A stretch of DNA of 63,976 bases, filler included, from Aduncisulcus paluster (GCA_024181965.1; 12 parts of 12 records of this genome joined end to end with filler, not necessarily neighbours in it), one strand, 5' to 3'; counted from the first letter of the whole stretch, positions 47,773 through 61,150 are shown. Numbers and translations are program-made. Notes: generated by a model not told the origin, from the letters alone.

Positions 47773-47820
47773 TCTGATTCAAAAGAACAAATCGGTTTAA
47801 TTTAATTTAATCATTAAACA

Positions 47821-48414
47821 CTGTAGTACCGTAGTGCCCAGCTCCTCACCAAGAATCATTAATATTAGGGGAATTTCCGAATAGGGGGGGTATTTCGAAA
47901 TTATTTTTAATAAAGAAATTACTCCATCAATAAACTTTATTGGTCAGCAATTTCGAAATTAGTCGGCAATTTCGAAATTGGTTCGAATTTTGAAATTGGT
48001 CCGCCAGATGTGAAATTTCATTGATTTTTCCGTAATTGATTAATATCGGAATTGTATTATCGTAAAATATGATATTTTCTTAATTAAATACAGAAACAAT
48101 GAATATTTATTGTTTAATATCTCGTAATTATGTTACAATGCTTGAACTCGATCTAATCATCTTCTTCTTCGGTTGGACGTGAATCACTGGTTAAAACGGC
48201 ACTTTGAGAGAGCAAAGATAAGTTTGGTGAGTGTTCAGCTGGTGCATCTTGACCTTCCTCGTCTTCTTCCTCGTCTTCTTCTACCCTCCTATTAGGAAGG
48301 GAATACCAATGCTTTCTCATCAAATGTCGATACGTCGCTGCTTCATCTCGTCTTAACGGGGATCTTGTCACTAACAAATTGGTCAGGGCAACGCATACAA
48401 GAAATATGTCGGCA
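47821..48414 (-). mobile_element. 3' end of a PIF/Harbinger/ISL2EU-like (DDE_Tnp_4) DNA transposon; ORF end at 48414-48153
   Basis: ADIFLVCVALTNLLVTRSPLR resembles the DDE_Tnp_4 C-terminal motif; downstream are clustered AATTTCGAAATT palindromes typical of subterminal repeats. Confidence 0.55.
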
Positions 48415-48514
48415 NNNNNNNNNNNNNNNNNNNNNNNNNNNNNNNNNNNNNNNNNNNNTTAATTAATTAANNNNNNNNNNNNNNNNNNNNNNNNNNNNNN
48501 NNNNNNNNNNNNNN

Positions 48515-50103
48515 TGTTCTATAAATAAACCAACGACATATCGAACAACTTCAAGGGATACGAATAAGGAAATCGGTACAACAAACGAAGTCACGAGGAA
48601 ATTAGTTCCAACGGATATCAGGATGAACAAGAGAAGGTTTTGTTCAGGGTCTGAACTGTGACCCAAATACCAATGATGTTGCAACTCACGTCTTGTGAGA
48701 ACAGCACCGAATGTGAGTGCAATTACAAGGATAACCTGGATGATAATGATGGTAATAAGACTCCAATTAAGGTAGGAGAACAACCCAGGGGGCTTATTCC
48801 TCGATTCTCCTGCATTCTGCATCAGACGAGTGTCCTCACCAGTGTAAACGACCAGTCCCCATACATTCGAAGTATGTTGAATGGAAGCCCCACGGGGAAT
48901 GAAGGAATCTCCTGTTATTGGGTGAACTGTTCGAGAAGGGTGGGTTGTAGGGGGAAGATCAGAAGGTCTCGTTAGACTATCTTGAGGAGTCTGGGCTTGC
49001 TGGGATGATACGGGTGGTAAGGTGTCTGTAATGGCATCAGATTCGGGAGAAGTAGATTTGGTTGAATCACTCTTGGTTCGATAGATGGTGGTAACTGGTT
49101 GCATCTCGACTGATTCATGAACGGATGAATGACCGCGTTCGTTTAGACCATACCATTGTTCAAATTCGGCACGGAAATATTCTTCTTCCCTTATTTGTTC
49201 ATGAGAATTGCAACAAATGTGGAACTTCTGAGAGATTCTGTGCCAAAAGCTATTATCTTGTTCTTTCTTCCTTTCATGCCACAAATAAGAAAACCTCGAA
49301 GGTTCTTGATTTGATTTAACGGAACAACTTCCCCGTAAAGTATGGAAATTCGGATTTGGAGGTTCAACTTGAACAGAAAAGGTACATCCTGCTCGTATAA
49401 CATTTTCCAATGTAATTTCATCGGGATTATCAGTTTCAATTCCAAGATCATCCTTTTGAATCGGGGATAAAGTTGAAATGCGAGTGGCTTCGGAAGAAAT
49501 GTGTCTAGCTATCGGAGGTGGTACTATCTTTCGTTTCAGGGATGTTTCACCATCCAAATTGGCCGTTTCAATATAAGCTTGTCCGTTTTCACCTGAAATG
49601 GGAACAATGTCAGCAGGAACTATAGTAGAAGGTGGAACGTGAACAATGTCACCAACTTCAATATCAGATGAAGCACGCAAAGAACATTTACCTTCACGGA
49701 TAACCTGAAATGTCATACTATTTGTATATTTGTCCTGTTTGACACGAGCTAAATCTTCAATGATTTCTCTAATAGCTGCGATAGAGATAATGAATATTAA
49801 CGGAAGGATATTTGTAATATTTGTCATGATTTTAACCTGGGGAATTGCATTAATAATTGATACGGCAGTAATATACAGGTTAGATACCATTTTAAATTGA
49901 TTGAATAGATGGAGAGGAATAAAGTTATACCACGTATATTTTGACGTTTTAACTGCGTTTGTCGTATAAGTTTCATCTTCTAATGTCTTATTATTTTTTA
50001 AGAACTTTGTCCATTCACTTCGGTTGCAGAAGATCGTTCTATAGTTGGATTTTTCGTTCGAGATTGATCTATTGGTTATTTCCACTGTTTCAGTGTCACC
50101 CAT
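48515..50103 (-). CDS. P4-type ATPase, N-terminal part of the same gene as 20451-24305
   Basis: NAVKTSKYTWYNFIP, VGDIV, PADI, YIETANLDGETSLK, GLVVYTGEDT; 48515-48917 is the reverse complement of 20451-20853. Confidence 0.93.
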
Positions 50104-50696
50104 ATATTATTGGTTGGTGAGCACGTCTTCTATCTGCCAGGAATTGGAGGTTGAAAAATGACGGCCATTTTGATTGGGGAAATAAATCCATAAAAATCAC
50201 TCCTAACTCATAAAAATGAAAAAATTAATTTGGAAACAATTATTTTTGAATTCTCAGAATTTGGTACAATCCGACACTGCACTAAACGAAACAGGACTTA
50301 TTAAGAAACAAACAAAAAGGACAAAAAAAAACTCAGATTTAAAAAATTTTATTGAATAAAATCAAGAAAAAGGATATAGATATGTATTTCATCGATGATG
50401 AATCATAAAAAAGTTGGTGAGTTGACAAATCATGATAATGGTGATGATCACGATTGATATGCTCGATTGAATCGACTACTATTGTAAATATGGGCTATGA
50501 CAAGTATATTATTGATCAGCTATTGTGAATGTGAATTTCAAGATATGTTGGGAGAGCGAGAAAAACACCACTTAAAGCAACAACTTTAATTGTTTGNNNN
50601 NNNNNNNNNNNNNNNNNNNNNNNNNNNNNNNNNNNNNNNNTTAATTAATTAANNNNNNNNNNNNNNNNNNNNNNNNNNNNNNNNNNNNNNNNNNNN

Positions 50697-51361
50697 ACGT
50701 CGTCTTTTCTTGCAATTGCTCGAATGCTGAACGCCACGTTTTCTGAAATGCATGCGGATAATCCCAATCTTCCTCCTCTTCTCTTGTATTCTCGAAACTT
50801 CCGGATAAACAATAGATATTCAGTTCTTTCAAATAATTCAAGCACTGGAGGGCTCTCCACCGGTAATAATTGAGTCAGTACTTCCGAATCACCAGATTGC
50901 GACTGTACAATCGGGTTTCCATCACCACACATGATCCTCGACTTCAAGTGTCCTAATGACAATTTCGACACTTCTTTTTCCTCTTTAGACCCTTCACCGG
51001 AACTTTTTCCTTCCTCTTCTTCCTCATCATCCTCATCAAAAGACTTTTCAAGCTTTTTTCCTGCACTCCCTAATCTCGTTTCCAAATCTGCAAACCTTCT
51101 CTCATTTTCTTCTTCCATTCTACTCAATTTCATCATAATCCTTCCTAAAGTATCTTCCATCATCTTCTTAACGCTCTGCTCATCTTCCCGTTCACTTTTC
51201 TCAACGTCATCCATAACATTACTATTCTGCTCTAATCCCAACTCTAAAGGTCGCTTACTAATCGGCGTCTGGGCTCCACTGACCACCGAATCAATCATAG
51301 ACATCCCAGAGCCGCCCAAATTGCGCTCCGCCGTCTCTCTTGCTCTTCTTTTTTTTCCCAT
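50697..51361 (-). mobile_element. Gag-like ORF of an LTR retrotransposon, 3'-partial
   Basis: Coiled-coil/acidic N-terminus then PPVLELFERTEYLLFIRKFREYKRRGG, the same pattern as 26736-26951; no RT or integrase visible. Confidence 0.45.
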
Positions 51362-53382
51362 ACAAAATTAAATTAAAAGAAAAATTTTTCAGTTATAATA
51401 CACTAAATAATATTATTTTAGATCTTTCAAGAATATGAAAGGGGCCAAATTTACTGTTTCAAATAAAATCAATTTCCATTTTCAAGCAATCAGAATTGCT
51501 TACACTTCAGAGTAATGGATTTATAAACGACACTGACAAAGAAAGCCTTCGTGAAGAAACTGAGTGTAAGCAGAATGTAAATACAAATGGGTTGGTTGAT
51601 TGTCTTCCGAGCCCTGTTCTTCTGTGTATATTGTTATTGAATATAACTACCTGTGTCCTCAACTCTGCCTCCCTAATGGAGCCTCACAGAAAGATCCTTG
51701 GCTCTTATGCTATACTATACTATCTCTTCTATTATCATTGTGGATTGGATTACAGGATTTGTTGACTCGCTGCATCGCAAGAACAGTGGCAAGCAATCCA
51801 TCTTTGTCTCTCTCTCTCTCAGAGTAACCATTGGTGTGATTGCCTCTTGGTCTGGCCTACACTCTCTTCTTTCTCCTCAAGACCCTTCTTCTTCTTCCTT
51901 ACTATCACGAATATATATATATAACATTGGTCACCAAAATGAATAACGTGAACGACCCTTGGTTTATATCCTTCATTACTCGTCCCTTCCTTCCACCTGT
52001 GCTCCTCCTTGGCTCTCTCTGACTGGGTCAAACATGACATCCCCATCGTTCCATAATGTCTTGGAGGTTGTTCTAAATGCCATCTATGCGTTAAATACAA
52101 TAACCACAATCAAGGACATCGAACCGTGTCATGAACAACATGCAATCTGTCTTTCATTGGATACATTCATTGATATCTTTTAGTTATTAGACCCCATTGT
52201 ATATCCAGAACTCTCTTCTCTCTTCACTCCTTTCCTTCCTTCCTTACTTCCTTCCTTACTTCTTCCTTCCTTCCTTCGTTATCTTTCTCACCTTCTTGCT
52301 TTGTTCATCAAACAGAATGCTATCGGTTTTGATGGGAGATGAGATCTTGATATATATATATACGAATCATCGCACCATCAGTTGATAAATTAATCAGTTT
52401 CATAACCTTAATAAATTCCACCACGCCCTATGATGCCAATCAATATTTGGACTTTGGCATTGCCCTGTGGTGGGATTTAATAGTTTAATAGAAAAAGGAA
52501 ACCTCCTTTTCTCCTTCCTCCTTTCCTCCTTCCTTCTTCTCCTTTCTTCCTTCCTTCTTCCATTTCTTTTCTCATATGTCCCTTCTTCATTGCCTTTCGC
52601 ATTTCCAACATCTTGGTTTCTTCCTCTTCTGCTTTGATAATCGTCAAACGCGATACAATGTCCATCATAGTTTCTATATCTTTCTGAGCTGATTGCTGAC
52701 AGATGTCCTCCTCTTCTGTAAGCCTGGGTCGGATTCCCTTATAGTGCTTAATGGCCCTGTGATATCGATTATTCAGAAGAAGGCCCGGAAATCCATTTTG
52801 TTCTTTATCAATGGAATAGTTTCTTCTGTTTTATCACTAGAACGGGACTATACTATACTGTTTTTTAAATCTCAAAATCGAGCAAAATCTCTGTACTCCT
52901 TCTTGTTTCCCTCCAAACAATCTTTTTTATAATGATCACAAATCTCTCTAATGATCTCATAAAAAGCTTTTGGAATTGTATATTTGGCTATATTCTCCTC
53001 TAATTTGCATCCTGTCATTTTTTTTATACATTCTGCATATGTGTATTTTTTTCTTCTGATCTTATTCTTCATTCTCACTAAGCATGTTTGTGAAGGTCAT
53101 TTCAATATGATCTGGTATGGTTTGTGATCAGCTGTATCAATTCATGATCTAGAACTCTTTTGTTCACGGTTATCTTTCTTCAAGAATATTACTGTTTGCG
53201 CTTACCTCAACACTTCAAAATAGAATCACATCTTGCTTCAAGAACCTAAAGAACTTTTCCATCGGTTGGTCAATTGATCGGTTTAATCTGGATTGGATAA
53301 TTTGGGTTATGTTTTTCCAGTAGTAAACTTTCTCTCGAGTCTGTCTTGGTATTCATCCTTCTTTTGATATTTTTCTGATATC

Positions 53383-53383
<1 letters not shown>

Positions 53384-53412
<29 letters not shown>
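53384..53412. repeat. (GA)n microsatellite
   Basis: About 14 GA units. Confidence 0.9.
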
Positions 53413-53414
<2 letters not shown>

Positions 53415-53659
53415 GGAAGTTTGGTTTAGTGCTTCATTGTATAGAATGTATCATAGAGAATTGTGATGTTATGTATGTATGTAGGGTGGGTGGGTGGGCA
53501 AGACATACATTCTTAAAAATCTAACTCAATCGTTGATCCATTCAATTTCGTTACTTGCATTCTCAGAAAGGCGGGCTCAGTTATTTCTCCAAATAGATCC
53601 GTGAGAGTCGGACTTTCATCCGTGATGACAGCATTGAAACGTACTCTCTTTCGATATAG

Positions 53660-53896
53660 GATGTCCATTCCAAGTAGTAGAACAACTTCATCTTTGACCA
53701 GCTCCTGTACCGTTTCCCACATCTTTAGCTCCGTACGAAGCCATGGTCCCTCCGACCTCGAGGAGAATGGGAGGGAAACTCCCCTCTTTAAGAACATCAC
53801 TAAGTCTTTGGGGAAGCCCAGTGCCCTCCATCTCTCCCAGTATTTGCCTATGCATCCTGGACTCCAAGGGGTGAGGAGATGTGAGGTTAGTCTCAT
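53660..53896 (-). mobile_element. DIRS/Ngaro-like retroelement fragment (N-terminus of the RT ORF)
   Basis: GCIGKYWERWRALG...LVMFLKRGVSLPF...VKDEVVLLLGMDIL matches the G.L......W......I..G..LPF...EV..LL..G.I pre-RT motif; a second overlapping frame is open, as in DIRS. Confidence 0.6.
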
Positions 53897-54709
53897 TCTT
53901 GACAGCTTCTATGATATCATGCATGTACATATCTATTGTGCTCCATCTGCATCAGATGTCAGTTCACGAAGAAGGGCTTGAATTTTAACTTCTAGATAAC
54001 TTTCCAACTCAAAATAGTGTGAAACAAGTTTTAATAGAACGGGAAAAGATAAAAACTCTTTTAGAGATTTCTTCTGTTGTTGTTCTATCAATTAATTCGA
54101 ATATTCCTAGAACTGTTTGTGGAATTCGACATAACATTTCTCTTTGTTGGCTATCCTGCTTTCCACTTAGCTCTACTCTCCAATCCTGTCAGCATTGTCA
54201 GGACCTCTATCATCAGCCTTTTCTGCCGGACTCACTGATCTCCTTTATACAATTTCAACCTCAATATTCTCACGACTTAATGGCGGAAAGAATGAAAAAT
54301 GTACTGACGATTGGTCCATGCAGCCAATCATAATGTCAAATGATATTATCATTACTGATCAGTACATGAATCTCCCCCATTTTGGCTATGCTTTAGATGT
54401 GTACAATATAACTGATCAGCTAGATGCTTCATATCCACCCTACAATGTAATGCCACAAGTCACTATTCCCGACATTGTAATGAACTCTGCTATCCAAGTC
54501 ATTGCCACAAACACCTGCATTGAATCCATATATTATGACGAGACCGTTCTCCGTCAGCTAAGCGACTTTGACACGAAAGCCCAGCCTGATGTCCCAACCA
54601 ACGAGCTTTTAGTTCCATACATTCACATGTTCACTGCCTCCTCCCTCTCTAGCGATCTACCCTCATACTCCCTGGCATCTAGCTCAAAGGGATGATCAGC
54701 CTGTGGAAT

Positions 54710-55174
54710 CCATATTTCTTGGTCTTCAGTGGCTGCAGCAGCTTCATCCCGGGCAAGTTTTTCTTCTTGAAGGCGTTTTTCTTCATACTCCCTGGCATCC
54801 TGCTTATCAGAATCCAAGTCTGCAAGATTCTTCGAAATTAGCCAAATCTCTTGAGATTCAGCTGCGGCTGCGGCTTCATCCCGGGCAAGTTTTTCTTCTT
54901 GAAGGCGTTTTTCTTCATACTCCCTGGCATCCTGCTTATCAGAATCCAAGTCTGCAATATTCGCCAAATCTCTTGAGATTCAGCTGCGGCTGCGGCTTCA
55001 TCCCGGGCAAGTTTTTCTTCTTGAAGGCGTTTTTCTTCATACTCCCTGGCATCCTGCTTATCAGAATCCAAGTCTGCAAGATTCTCCGAAATTAGCCAAA
55101 TCTCTTGAGATTCAGCTGCGGCTGCGGCTTCATCCCGGGCAAGTTTTTCTTCTTGAAGGCGTTTTTCTTCATAC
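54710..55174 (-). repeat. 132-bp (44-aa) tandem repeat, about 3.5 copies, one with a 10-bp frameshifting deletion
   Basis: Unit anchors at 54710, 54842, 54964 and 55096; encodes ISENLADLDSDKQDAREYEEKRLQEEKLARDEAAAAAESQEIWL. Confidence 0.9.
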
Positions 55175-55308
55175 TGTGAAGTTCTCAATGATCTATTTAT
55201 AGAACTNNNNNNNNNNNNNNNNNNNNNNNNNNNNNNNNNNNNNNNNNNNNTTAATTAATTAANNNNNNNNNNNNNNNNNNNNNNNNNNNNNNNNNNNNNN
55301 NNNNNNTT

Positions 55309-55512
55309 CTTGATAGGATCAAACGTAATCTTAAGAGTGAGCTTCACTCCCATCAGGGTGCGTCTCAAGAGGTTATTACTGGAATTATGGTTGCGTATGT
55401 CCAAGAATCGATTGAATTTAATGCTTTAGACGAGAAGGAGCAGCACATAATTATGAATGAAGTCAGAAGTCATTTCCGCGTGAGTGATGGCTTCTATACA
55501 TTGAAAGAATAG
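55309..55512 (+). CDS. C-terminal fragment of an unknown protein (5'-partial)
   Basis: Open frame from the scaffold start, LDRIKRNLKSELHSHQGASQEVI...SDGFYTLKE*, followed by T-rich UTR-like sequence. Confidence 0.5.
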   Translation, partial: LDRIKRNLKSELHSHQGASQEVITGIMVAYVQESIEFNALDEKEQHIIMNEVRSHFRVSDGFYTLKE

Positions 55513-55800
55513 AGGAAAACGATCATTATTGTTGATAGGTTGATTCAATTTTGATGGGCAGATGTCGTTGATTTCTGTTTTTTTTGTTTTTTCCTCTGAG
55601 AACAAATTGGGAGAATAAAAAGTTATTGTTGTTTATTTTGAGGATTTCTTTGGCTGATGGGTTTTCTTTGCCTCAAGGGCAGAATAGTTTGGAGGGCGAA
55701 GTCCGACAATAGTCTTTTGAACCCGCTTGTGTTTTGTAAAATATAAGAATTTATCTCTTTCTTTGTCATAATTTGTATTTGAATTAAAATTATCAATAAT

Positions 55801-56433
55801 ATGTCCTCTATTCGCAAAGTTATCCTGGTTGGAGATACCAAAGTCGGCAAGACAGCCATTACTGTTAGATCTGTACATAATAGTTTTGTCGAAGGTGCTC
55901 CTACAATTGGAGTTGATTTTTTCCGGAAGACATTGTTGTTAAAGACTGGTAGATCTCTCCAAGCTAGAATATACGATACTTCTGGTCAAGAACGGTTTAA
56001 ATCATTGTCTAGAAGTTTTTTTCAAGGATCTGATTGTTGTATCGCTGTTGCTTCATTTGATGTCGATAGTTCCGTTCACAAACTTGAATCATGGATCGAG
56101 CTTGTAAAAGAACATTGTGACGAAGAAGAAACTGTTTTTCTTCTTGTCATGAACAAAATTGACCTGCCAGGGGCACTTGATGATTCTGGAATGTATCCTG
56201 TGTCAAAGGCTGATATCGAAGCAGCTGCATCAAAATTGGGATTTTCCAAGGTTTATTATACTTCAGCTAAGACAGGTGAGGGTATTAATGAACTCTTTTC
56301 TGATATGGGTGAGAAACTGGTCGGAGCTGCCCCTCTTCCTGATGATCCTGTTTCTCCATCTGCTCCAAAACCTTTAGACATAACCCCTAAGACAAAACCG
56401 ACTAAAAAAGCGAAAAAATGTAATATTTTTTAA
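55801..56433 (+). CDS. Rab-family small GTPase (divergent)
   Basis: GDTKVGKT, PTIGVDF, IYDTSGQERF, MNKID, TSAKTG, C-terminal CNIF (CaaX). Confidence 0.93.
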   Translation: MSSIRKVILVGDTKVGKTAITVRSVHNSFVEGAPTIGVDFFRKTLLLKTGRSLQARIYDTSGQERFKSLSRSFFQGSDCCIAVASFDVDSSVHKLESWIELVKEHCDEEETVFLLVMNKIDLPGALDDSGMYPVSKADIEAAASKLGFSKVYYTSAKTGEGINELFSDMGEKLVGAAPLPDDPVSPSAPKPLDITPKTKPTKKAKKCNIF

Positions 56434-56527
56434 GTAAAACTGGAAAATTGTGAATTATTTACATGTGTTTTCCCCAATTGATTTTATTATTTTTTTTTTT
56501 CTATTTTGCCTTTGATATCTTTCCTTT

Positions 56528-57672
56528 ATGCCTATTGCCATTGATTCAATTAAATTTTTATTGTCAAAAGGAAAGATATCAATTGCGAAAGTGGCTCTTG
56601 AAGCCAAACTTGGAACTTGTGAAGATCATAATGATTATACAATGACTTCTTCAGTATTGGAGGCAATTTTATGTGAGGAAAGCGGTGAGGCTATGGTTGA
56701 AGATGAGGATGAAGAGCTTGATTTTGATATTACTGATAAATTTCCCCCTCTCACAGAATCTCAGCTTGATTCGATAATTTCCCAACCATTCGCAGAATCT
56801 ATTGATGAAATTTTACTTCCTACTCAACAAAAAGTGGCTAAATCGTATATTTCTTCGTCATTTATAAAGCATAAACGAACTGTTGTCCCATCAGGAATAT
56901 TTCATGAAAAAAACACAATTGAACAGAACATGCGGATTCTTGAGATTACAGATCCTATAACATGTGCAAAAGAACATCCTCGTGGTCCTCTCATCCCTTT
57001 TTTCCTTCGTGAACGATTGGCTTCAACTTTTTTTGATTGTAATCTCTCCCATATTTCCCTGTTAAATGTATCATCCCATGCTCCTGCTGCTCTTTCGTAT
57101 GTTAGAATTGTTTTGTGGATCTTTTTTGAGTTATATATTGAATGGGCCGAGGCCAGTGATAAGTTTCACCACACCAAGCATTCTTCTACTTCTTCTGACA
57201 ATGGAATTGCATCCAATAGTCATGGATTACCAAAGCCCTATTCTTACATTGCTCAGCAAATGGTCCTTTTGAATCCTGATTCTGAGAGTGTGTCAAATCC
57301 CTCAACATCAAGATCAGGTTCAAAGTCCTTTGTGAAATCTGGCTATTTGTTTCATATTATATCGTCATCTTTGGAAATCTGTATTGGAATTCTCCTCGAA
57401 TGTGCGATGGTTGGGTTGTGTCAGCTTGATCTTGTTCTTATCGCAATTTCTCAAGGGCTAAAAATAGATAAAAATGATACTATTCAGGCTTGTATTAGGA
57501 AGATATATGATACTTTGAGTGAAGAAAAATCTGTTGGAAGAAAAAAACGAGAGAAAACATTCATAGAGGAAAACCTTCTCAAAATGCGAGGCAAAGGGAC
57601 AATCAAAATTATTCTAAATTATTTATACACATTTATCTGTGAAATTCAGTCAGCGTGTGGCCTTTTGAGTGG
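56528..57672 (+). CDS. Hypothetical helical protein, 3'-partial
   Basis: About 380 codons open from ATG to the scaffold end; no recognised motif. Confidence 0.65.
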
Positions 57673-57772
57673 NNNNNNNNNNNNNNNNNNNNNNNNNNNN
57701 NNNNNNNNNNNNNNNNTTAATTAATTAANNNNNNNNNNNNNNNNNNNNNNNNNNNNNNNNNNNNNNNNNNNN

Positions 57773-59815
57773 GATTATCTGTGTCTGGATACTGTACTAT
57801 CGTGCTATCATGTTCAGTCGATGGAGCTTTCGTTGAGGGAACAGTGGAAAGAGAAGAGGAAGCAGATGCATGAGAGATTTGATTGCGTCTTGAGAACTCT
57901 GATTTAACAGTACGTCTAATTCTTTCTAAAATTCTTCCCAATATCTGGACATCGTTGATCTCAGAGCAGAACTGTAAAATGGAAGAAAGAGAAGAGGAAA
58001 TGGAAGAAAATAGTTGGGTTTCGAGGTCAAAATTATCCCATTTCTTTTCGGCAAATGAATGTAATAGTTCGGCTTGTTTGCGTTTAAACTCTTCTTCCTT
58101 TTGAATTACTTCTTTCTTAAGAGACGTTATCTCCACATCCTTTGCAGCACATAGAGCATCTCGACTCCTCAAGATCGCTTCAGATTCTTTCTTCTCTTGC
58201 TCATATAGATTTTGGAAATATTTGCGTTCGTTCTTCAACAACGCCATCATCTTTTCATCTTCTTCTTTCTCTTTCTTTCTCTCTTTATCGCGTTTCTCCT
58301 CTGCTTCCTTTCGCAATCTTCGCTCCTCTTCGTCGAGTCTTTTCATTCGCTCTTTCTCTCTCCTCTCGACTACTCTCTTCCTCCTCTCCTCCTTTTTCCG
58401 TCTTCCATCTTCTTCTTTCATCAATATTCCCACTGTGTGGGTCACAACTTCCTTCAGTTGGGAGGTTGTGTAACTCAGCCGTGTCTCATGATGGGGACTG
58501 AATTCAAGGGGAGATAATGCAGCACTGGAATACATGGAGTGGGCAAGATGAGAAGAGGGTGAGACTGTGCTAGGAACTGAAGGTTGAATGGAACTTGCAA
58601 AACCATCAGGGGAGTCACTCTTGGAATCTTTCTCGTCAGCTGGGAAGGATTTATCGGATATAAGATCATCACGAACCATTCTATCGATTCTATCCTTACG
58701 CTCAGCAGCGGCAGTTTCTTGAATTTTAGTTAATTCTTCATCCAATTCTTTTTCCCTGCGATCAGATTCCCTTTCTTTGATTGCATCTCTTTCTCTCTCG
58801 ACCTGAAGAGACATCTTCACAGATTCACAAAGACTGTTGATCTCATCAAGGAATTCGTTCTGTCTATCAAGTTGCTCCTCCCGATCTATTGAATCCTCCT
58901 CAGACTCCTCCTCAAGGTCAGACACATCTTCCCCTCTGGCTCTCTTCTCCTCGTTGACTCTCCTCTTCATCTCTCGCATCTCCTTACGACGGGCCTTACG
59001 TTCTTCTCTAATCCTTTTTCTCTCTTCACGTTGCTTTCTGGCCTCTTCCTCAGCTTGTCGCTTTTTCAATAGAGCATTGACTTTCTTCTCAACTTCAAAA
59101 TCAAGTTCTTTCTCCCTATTTGCGAGTTCAAGTTCTCTTTTGGCAACCTTATGATGTTCAGACTCAACTTCTTTCCATTCTTGTTCTATTTCTTCTCTCT
59201 CCCTCATCCAACTTTGGCGTTCCCGACTCCATTCCCTTTCCTCGTCTTCTCTGCACCGTTCCATCTCTGCCAGGGTGTCTTCTAACAGCTCGGCATCAAC
59301 AGAAAGGGCAGTCAACTGAGTGTGAAGCATGGTTATCTTGGCAGCAGAATCAATAGCGGACTCTCCGACGGCTGCCTTGGCCAAATTATCGAAGGATGAA
59401 TGGCTGGCATCAGCATTAGATGTTTCTTTCGAATCGCTGCTTTTCTCTTTATCAATGGTCTTCGTCTGCTTAGGGGCATCCTTGCTTTTCTTCCATACGA
59501 TATCAAGACCGACCACCGGAGCAGGGAGATAGTCGGATTCTCCTATTCCAACCTCCTGACCGATCATAGTGAGAGTGTCCGTGGGACAATTGATGTTACA
59601 CACTCGCAAACATGCACGAAGAAGGTTAATCTGGGTGCCCCATACAAGTAATATCTTTTCAAGCTCCATTTGTCTCTCTTCTTTCTCGCCCAGTTGTCGA
59701 GATAGGTCGGCGATATCATCTTGAAGAGAAACGATTGTCTGATCTGCTTTCTCGAGAGAAGATTGCACTTGAACATCTTGCATGGTCTGTTCTAACTCCA
59801 TCCTGTCCTGTCTTG
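57773..59815 (-). CDS. Long coiled-coil protein fragment (both ends truncated)
   Basis: Frame open across the whole scaffold; E/R/K-rich heptads. Confidence 0.75.
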
Positions 59816-59915
59816 NNNNNNNNNNNNNNNNNNNNNNNNNNNNNNNNNNNNNNNNNNNNTTAATTAATTAANNNNNNNNNNNNNNNNNNNNNNNNNNNNN
59901 NNNNNNNNNNNNNNN

Positions 59916-61150
59916 GCTTCTAAATCTTCATGTTCCTCGACTTCCATCACCAAAGGCGTCTTCTTCCCTTTCTTTTCCTTTGTTGCAATCGATTCCCACT
60001 TCTTCTTTCCTTTCTCTTCTGTAGGTTCTTCCTTCGTTTCCTTTGGATGTTCATACTCAAATACTTTTATACTATCCCAGACACCAGCGATCATGATATC
60101 TCGATTGGCTGGCGAATGACTACAACACCAGGCAGTGTTCCCAGTGCCATCAACAACGGTATCAACACATTCAAATCCACCAGCACTGTTCCGTTTGCTC
60201 ATGTTCCACGTAAATATGTGACCATCAAGGGTCGACGCAGTGAGGATATTCATAGAATCAGTCGACCGATCAAAGTCAAGACCAGTGACACCATGGCCGA
60301 CATTACTCTCCCACAGAATACCAGCTGTGGCTGAAGAGGATGCTGGATCAGCCGAAGAAGAACCGGATGAAGTTGCTCGTAAATCCCACAATTTAATATC
60401 TCCTGTACTATAGCCGACCACAACTGATCTTGGAGGTGCCATACTTGTGCTTTGATCGGAACGGAGAGCGTTTCCGAATGCCACAGCCCACACTTCTGGC
60501 GTTGTTGGTTGAATAATCGGTTGAGAAGAAGACCCAGATGTTGAAGATGAAGAGGATTTGGTAGGTTGGCGTAATATAGGAATTGTAGGGGGGAGAGCTG
60601 CTAATGTGGCAATTGGTCTACTCAAACGAACATCCCATACACAAACTTTTCCATCTTCACCACCTGTGACGAGTTCGGGATGACCATATAAATGTGGGTT
60701 CTTTCCTGCAACACCATCGATAGCATATACAAGAGATGAATGTCCTTTAGCTGAAAATACTGGCAAATCTTGGGGATAATTAAGATCCCAAGTGTTGATT
60801 CTACCATCAAAATGTCCTGTAGCAAGATGACGATCTTCGAGAAAAGATCCTTTGAAAGTGGCACATCTAACGCCGGAAGAACATTTAATCTATATAAAAC
60901 ATAATATCGTAAAGAAATAAAGAAGAAAAATTTATAAATACGGTTGAAATACTATTTTATGTATGGAGTAACGTACCAAATCCATTTGTATAAGTTCTTT
61001 GTTCGACATTTTCAATATCCCAACATATCCAAACTCTTTTCCCGATTGACACAAAGAACCAAAATAGACGATCCTCGGGCTTTTCGGAACAAACTTTGCC
61101 CCATGTATCGTTGAGGATGTTGGATAGCTGTATAATTTTATAATTTGCAT
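59916..61150 (-). CDS. WDR92: WD40 protein WDR92/DNAAF10 (axonemal dynein assembly factor), 3'-partial; exons 61150-60977 and 60889-59916
   Basis: An 87-nt GTACGT...TATAG intron (60976-60890, phase 0) gives AKFVPKSPR...VRCATFKGSFLEDRHLATGHFDG...PVFSAKGH..AIDG...PELVTGGEDG.V.VWD.R...WAVAFGNA...GYSTGDIKLWDLR. Confidence 0.88.
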
